DNA of 46,240 bases, from NCBI GenBank assembly GCA_964579925.1, contig CAZOHK010000002.1, positions 1-46,240 of the forward strand, written 5' to 3'. This document shows, piece after piece, positions 41,813 through 46,240 of this stretch. Below the pieces are notes generated by a model, which saw nothing but the letters and a program-made list of their open reading frames with translations, did not search any database and was not told the origin of the DNA. Positions within the stretch are counted from its first letter, which is position 1. Each line of letters begins with the position of its first letter. Source of the stretch: an uncultured Staphylococcus sp. (GTDB lineage Bacteria; Bacillota_I; Bacilli_A; RFN20; CAG-826). Both the position numbers and the translations under genes were made by a program.

Positions 41813-43174
41813 TTAAGCGTTTATATTGATTGGTAATACGAGGGCTCGAGTGGTCCAACGTCGTGTTGACCAACGCCACATAAAGACTAATGCTTTAAAG
41901 GCTTCATCAATGGTGAGGGCAATAAAGATTCCGACAACACCATTATTAAACATTAAACCAAACAAGAATGATCCACCGATTGCAAAAAACATCAGTGAAA
42001 ATAATGAAATCGTTCCTAAGAACCATGCATCACCGGTTGTTTTGAGTGATTCACCGAGGATAATATTGACGGTTCTAGCACCCTCAACCGCAATATTTAA
42101 CCAAAGGACCGTTTTAATCAGCTCTATATGGTGGACTAATTCTGGTCCTTCAATATGCTCAACAGACGTAAAAATAGAAATAATCCCATCCGGCGATAAG
42201 GCAATGAGTAAACCAAGTAAGCTTGATATCAAAATGCCGATAGCAGAAATTTTAAAGATGCGTCTTTGGGCTTTTTTATAATTTTGGGCACCAACATAAA
42301 AACCAGTTTTAATGGCACTAGCGTGTGCCAATGCAGCGGCTGGTACAAAAGCCATTTTTGCAATGTGTTCAACTGTGACTCTAACAGACGTCTCGACACC
42401 AGTGGTATCGAAGAAGTTTAATATTGTAATAATCACAGCCATTGCACCCAAAAAAGCAAAATTTTCAAATGCAGATGGTAAGCCAACTTCTAATGAATCG
42501 GAAAGTAATTTTCTTGCAGGAACATTTGCCTTCGCAATATTTTTAGGTAGGTGGAAGTTTGCCAAAATTAAGTGGGCAACAAAAGATCCAACGTGAGAAA
42601 TAAAGGTTGCCCAAGCAACACCGGCAACACCCCAATTAAAGACATAAATGGATAGATAGTTCAAAACGATATTGATTACGTTAGCGATAATCGTTGCAAC
42701 CATGGGCGACTTATCATGGCCAAACGCCCGCATGTAATTTCCTATGATAGGGTTGATTGCAACAAAAATGGAAGCAGCACCAACAATCAAGCCATATTCC
42801 GTTGCTAAATCAGCAATTTGTTGATCGGGAATGATGAAATGAATAAATTCAGAGAAGAAAACGTAAATTAGAGCCATGACACCGATTCCAATGAGACCAT
42901 TAACCAATACACCAATACGGGCTGCTTTGCGAGTCACCTCAGCTTGATTTGCGCCAACATATTGCGTAAATACCGCAAGCATCCCAGCGGAAAGGATAAC
43001 AAATGCAACATTTAAAAAGTTCAAATAAGTTATTGCACTTCCCACGGCAGCAACCGCCTGAGAACTAACCGCATAGAGCATTAAGGTATCCGATAAAGAG
43101 ACTAATACTGATAGAAAAATTTCAATTAATAAGGGCCAAAATACTTTAATAAAACGATGTTGATGAATTTCCAT
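41813..43174 (-). CDS. MATE-family efflux transporter
   Basis: 453 aa with 12 TM-like segments. The N-terminus FWPLLIEIFLSVLVSLSDTLML is typical of MatE. Confidence 0.85.
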   Translation of the reverse strand: MEIHQHRFIKVFWPLLIEIFLSVLVSLSDTLMLYAVSSQAVAAVGSAITYLNFLNVAFVILSAGMLAVFTQYVGANQAEVTRKAARIGVLVNGLIGIGVMALIYVFFSEFIHFIIPDQQIADLATEYGLIVGAASIFVAINPIIGNYMRAFGHDKSPMVATIIANVINIVLNYLSIYVFNWGVAGVAWATFISHVGSFVAHLILANFHLPKNIAKANVPARKLLSDSLEVGLPSAFENFAFLGAMAVIITILNFFDTTGVETSVRVTVEHIAKMAFVPAAALAHASAIKTGFYVGAQNYKKAQRRIFKISAIGILISSLLGLLIALSPDGIISIFTSVEHIEGPELVHHIELIKTVLWLNIAVEGARTVNIILGESLKTTGDAWFLGTISLFSLMFFAIGGSFLFGLMFNNGVVGIFIALTIDEAFKALVFMWRWSTRRWTTRALVLPININA

Positions 43175-43237
43175 AATTTTTTACCGAAAGTTATTATACG
43201 CCTTTTGAAACCGTTGACAATCCACCAAGGTTAAAAC

Positions 43238-43266
43238 TTGAAATCATTTCAAATCTTGTATATGAT
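43238..43266 (+). promoter_or_regulatory. Candidate promoter for the tRNA-Thr / tRNA-Val pair
   Basis: TTGAAA, 17-nt spacer, TATGAT. Confidence 0.45.
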
Positions 43267-43294
43267 AAATGGGCGCTTGCATAGGAATGACTGC

Positions 43295-43370
43295 GCCGAC
43301 GTAGCTCAATTGGCAGAGCAACTGAATCGTAATCAGTAGGTTGTAGGTTCGATTCCTATCGTCGGCACCA
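43295..43370 (+). tRNA. tRNA-Thr (anticodon CGT), CCA encoded
   Basis: Acceptor GCCGACG/CGTCGGC and anticodon arm ACTGA-ATCGTAA-TCAGT. Confidence 0.9.
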
Positions 43371-43378
43371 GCACGCAT

Positions 43379-43454
43379 GGATGTTTAGCTCAGCTGGGAG
43401 AGCATCTGTTTGACGTACAGAAGGTCGGGGGTTCGATCCCCTCAGCATCCACCA
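43379..43454 (+). tRNA. tRNA-Val (anticodon GAC), CCA encoded
   Basis: Acceptor GGATGTT/AGCATCC and anticodon arm TCTGT-TTGACGT-ACAGA. Confidence 0.9.
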
Positions 43455-43463
43455 GAAATGAAA

Positions 43464-43488
43464 ACAACTGCGGAAACGCAGTTTTTTT
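43464..43488 (+). terminator. Rho-independent terminator after tRNA-Val
   Basis: AACTGCG-GAAA-CGCAGTT followed by T7. Confidence 0.7.
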
Positions 43489-43507
43489 ATTCAAATTCAA
43501 AAAAGTT

Positions 43508-43516
43508 TGCTAAAAT
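43508..43516 (+). promoter_or_regulatory. Extended -10 element (TGcTAAAAT) upstream of cdaA
   Basis: TGCTAAAAT at 43508-43516, followed by an AAGGTGA SD and ATG 43533. Confidence 0.4.
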
Positions 43517-43532
43517 TAAAAAGGTGAATCTC

Positions 43533-44312
43533 ATGAATGTATCATATTTATATTTTACAGTTTCCGATTGGATCGATTTTTCCCTTGGTGGAATTTTTTT
43601 AATAGCGTTAAGTTTTTATATCTTTACCTTTGTAAGAAGAAAAGCATATGGAATTTTATTTTTACTTTTATCTTTATCCATTCTCATAAGTTATGTTCTT
43701 CATAACTTTTCTTTTTTAACCATTACCCTCATTGCATCATTTATTATTCTCGTTAATGTTTTTGTAGTTTTGAATGCCACAGAGTTAAAGGCCCGCATCG
43801 ATTCGATGTTCCGCTTCGGTAAAAATCAAAGTTCAGCGAGTTTAATTAACTACGACAAAGAAATGATTTATGAACTTATTTATGATGCGGTTTCATTTAT
43901 GTCTAAGAATAAAATTGGTGCGCTAATCACCATTGAAAGAACGACAAAATTAGATAACTACACAAAAAATGGTGTGCTGTTAAATGCACCTTTATCTTCG
44001 GAAATGTTAACCACGATTTTTTATCCTGGTACCCGATTACATGATGGTGCCGTGATCATTCGTGGTAGTTTTATTCTTGCTGCAAACGTTTATTATCAAC
44101 CAACAACTAAACCAATGTTAGGTAAACTAGGTTCACGTCATCGTGCCGCGATTGGTATTTCTGAGGCTACGGACGCTGTGACCATTGTTGTATCAGAGGA
44201 GTCGGGTCGCTTGTCGTTGACATATGGGGGTCAACTTGAGCCTGTTTATTTGGATACGTTTAAACAAACGTTAGCCAACTATATGGAAAACAGACCTCAT
44301 GCTGAAAATTAA
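43533..44312 (+). CDS. cdaA: Diadenylate cyclase CdaA (DacA)
   Basis: Three N-terminal TM segments. DAC domain motifs GALITIE, HDGAVIIRG, GSRHRAAIGISE and VVSEESGRLS. The track ORF's 5' part overlaps tRNA-Val and is spurious. Confidence 0.85.
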   Translation: MNVSYLYFTVSDWIDFSLGGIFLIALSFYIFTFVRRKAYGILFLLLSLSILISYVLHNFSFLTITLIASFIILVNVFVVLNATELKARIDSMFRFGKNQSSASLINYDKEMIYELIYDAVSFMSKNKIGALITIERTTKLDNYTKNGVLLNAPLSSEMLTTIFYPGTRLHDGAVIIRGSFILAANVYYQPTTKPMLGKLGSRHRAAIGISEATDAVTIVVSEESGRLSLTYGGQLEPVYLDTFKQTLANYMENRPHAEN

Positions 44313-44315
44313 TTG

Positions 44316-45653
44316 ATGGGGAAATATTTTGGAACGGATGGTTTTCGCGGTTATGTCGGTCAACAACTTACCACTCAACACGCCTATCGCATTGGACGTT
44401 ATCTAGGTTCGATTACGTTAAAAGAAGATGTGATTTTTGTTGGGCAAGATACACGCGTATCCTCTCAAGCATTAGCTTTTGCCTTGTTTTCTGGGGCGAT
44501 GGCATCGGGTGCAACCGTGGTTGATTTAGGTGTAATCACAACACCCGCGATTTCTTACTTTTTACAAAAACAAAAAAAGGGTTTTGGGGTCATGGTGTCA
44601 GCCAGTCATAATCCTTATTACGATAATGGGATTAAGTTATTCAATGCAGATGGGGAAAAATTATCTTCTGACATTGAAGAAAAAATTGAAAAGTATATTG
44701 ACTCAATCGAGGACACATTACCATTTGCAACAGGAAAATCGATTGGTAAAATTGATCCCCTTTCATCCACCTATACCGAACGTTATCTTCAATTTTTATT
44801 AAATTTGTATCAACCTAAAGGAAGATCGTTAAACATTTTAATCGATACTGCAAATGGTTCTGCATCCGCGATTGCCCCTCTTTTATTTTCTAAACTGCCA
44901 TTGAAGGTTGATTATATTCATCAAAAACCTAATGGATATAACATCAATGATCGGTGTGGCGCAACCCATATCCAATCCTTACAAAGTGCAATCAAAAAAG
45001 GAAACTATGATTTAGGTTTTGCTTTTGATGGTGACGCCGATCGGATGATTGCAGTGACTTCGGATGGTCAAGAAGTGAATGGGGATGCCTTACTCTTTTT
45101 GAATAGTCAATCGATGTTTAAGCAACAACCGCAACTAAAGAAAAAAATTGTTATCACCCAAATGAGTAATTTCGGATTAAAAAAAGCGCTTGGTCAATTA
45201 GGGATTGAGTACATCGAAACCAATGTTGGTGACAAATATGTGCAAGCGGCACTTAAAAAAGAGCAATTAATTCTTGGTGGTGAACAATCCGGACATGTCA
45301 TTTTCCTAAATGAATTAAACACGGGTGATGGCTTGATTTCTGCAATTAAATTATTGAATATCCTTCAAGAAACCAAAGAAAGTCTCGGCCAACTTGTGGT
45401 ATCATTAAAGCAATATCCACAAGTGCTCAAGAATATCGTGGTTGAGAATAAATCCGAGGTGATGAACCATCCGGATTTACAACTGCTCATCCAAGATATC
45501 CAAGGGCGTTTAGGTCAAGATGGGCGCATTCTTGTTCGCGCATCGGGAACCGAATCGTTAATCCGTGTCATGGTTGAAGCATTAGCCCCCCAGCAATGTG
45601 AAAGCCTAGTGATGGAAGTGATTCGTTTTATTGAAAGTACATTTATTAACTAA
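44316..45653 (+). CDS. glmM: Phosphoglucosamine mutase
   Basis: YFGTDGFRG, phosphoserine loop SASHNPYYDNGIK, FDGDADR, GGEQSGH and RASGTE. Confidence 0.95.
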   Translation: MGKYFGTDGFRGYVGQQLTTQHAYRIGRYLGSITLKEDVIFVGQDTRVSSQALAFALFSGAMASGATVVDLGVITTPAISYFLQKQKKGFGVMVSASHNPYYDNGIKLFNADGEKLSSDIEEKIEKYIDSIEDTLPFATGKSIGKIDPLSSTYTERYLQFLLNLYQPKGRSLNILIDTANGSASAIAPLLFSKLPLKVDYIHQKPNGYNINDRCGATHIQSLQSAIKKGNYDLGFAFDGDADRMIAVTSDGQEVNGDALLFLNSQSMFKQQPQLKKKIVITQMSNFGLKKALGQLGIEYIETNVGDKYVQAALKKEQLILGGEQSGHVIFLNELNTGDGLISAIKLLNILQETKESLGQLVVSLKQYPQVLKNIVVENKSEVMNHPDLQLLIQDIQGRLGQDGRILVRASGTESLIRVMVEALAPQQCESLVMEVIRFIESTFIN

Positions 45654-45671
45654 CCAAGGGGGGTTTAGGAT

Positions 45672-46240
45672 ATGTGTGGGATTGTCGGCTCGGTCGGTGA
45701 AACGCAATTACGTCAATATTTACTTAGCGGATTAAAAAGTCTCGAATATCGTGGGTACGATTCCGCTGGGACTGCTTTTTTGACCAATGGAAAATTTGAC
45801 GTTTTTCGCTTGCCAGGACGGATTGATCAACTTAACCAACTCGTTCCTAAAAATTTTCAAGCATCCGCGGGAATCGGCCATACCCGTTGGGCGACGCATG
45901 GAGAACCAAATCTTAAGAATGCCCACCCTCATACCTCACAACAACAATTATTCACCCTTGCTCATAATGGGGTAATCGATAACTTCCGCGCCCTCAAACA
46001 AAAACTCGAAAACAAAAAGTATGTCTTCCAATCGGATACGGACACCGAAGTCATCGTCAACTTAATGGAATGGCATTACTTAAATGATGCGAATAAACAA
46101 CCTTTAAAGGCCATTCAATTAACCTTAGAAGAACTTGAAGGCTCTTATGCTTTAGCTATTCTTTTCCAAAAAGATGAATCCAAAGTTTATTTTGCAAAAC
46201 TTCACTCTCCTTTGGTTATTGGTAAAGGGGCTAACACCAA
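45672..46240 (+). CDS. glmS: Glutamine--fructose-6-phosphate aminotransferase (3' end cut by the window edge)
   Basis: MCGIVG Ntn-amidotransferase start, LEYRGYDSAG and GHTRWATHG. The frame stays open to the window end. Confidence 0.9.
   Translation, partial: MCGIVGSVGETQLRQYLLSGLKSLEYRGYDSAGTAFLTNGKFDVFRLPGRIDQLNQLVPKNFQASAGIGHTRWATHGEPNLKNAHPHTSQQQLFTLAHNGVIDNFRALKQKLENKKYVFQSDTDTEVIVNLMEWHYLNDANKQPLKAIQLTLEELEGSYALAILFQKDESKVYFAKLHSPLVIGKGANT

Noticed and set aside
41826-42596. Plus-strand ORFs of 151 aa and 94 aa opposite the MATE transporter gene
   Set aside because: They are antisense to a full-length 12-TM MATE gene and have no start signals or motifs. They are typical shadow ORFs.
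43410-43532. N-terminal 41 codons of the track ORF 43410-44312
   Set aside because: This stretch runs through tRNA-Val and its terminator. The real cdaA start is ATG 43533, which has an SD and the expected N-terminal TM segments.
45654-45671. glmS ribozyme upstream of glmS
   Set aside because: Only 18 nt separate glmM and glmS, which is far too short for the ribozyme (well over 100 nt).
1-46240. Mollicutes genetic code 4 (TGA = Trp)
   Set aside because: All conserved proteins are full length under the standard code. TGA acts as the stop in the ATGA junctions (rimM/trmD, trmD/uppP, lepB/rbgA, mnh genes). Trp is encoded by TGG in conserved motifs.

Overview
The window looks like a low-GC Bacillota or Mycoplasmatota chromosome (Acholeplasma-like is only a guess). 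It uses the standard genetic code, because TGA serves as the stop in conserved ATGA gene junctions. Positions 1-27.5 kb are a compacted, almost single-strand version of the Bacillus core array: yloV-recG-plsX-rnc-ylxM, then an inverted rpsP-KH-rimM-trmD block, then rplS-lepB-rbgA-rnhB-dprA-topA-xerC-rpsB-tsf-pyrH-frr-uppS-cdsA-rseP-polC. Positions 27.5-43.5 kb are more accessory. They hold an ArsB/NhaD-type permease, a seven-gene Mrp/Mbh-like cation/proton antiporter module, an aldo-keto reductase, msrA plus a GAF-type free Met-R-sulfoxide reductase, a CotH-family lipoprotein, a five-gene nqrBCDEF-like operon with no nqrA, a small GNAT and a MATE exporter. Eight single tRNA genes are interspersed, and every one has C34 or G34. 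The window ends with cdaA-glmM-glmS. I found no CRISPR array, transposase, prophage or recognisable defence system. The most unusual content is bioenergetic: the NqrA-less Nqr-like operon with deviating flavinylation motifs, and the Mbh-ordered Mrp module carrying an uncharacterised fused domain. Other points are tRNAs used as 3'-terminal cistrons of mRNA operons, a ribosomal protein S2 with large extensions, an intra-operon terminator, and several apparently leaderless genes. All protein calls come from reading motifs in the supplied translations; no searches were run.
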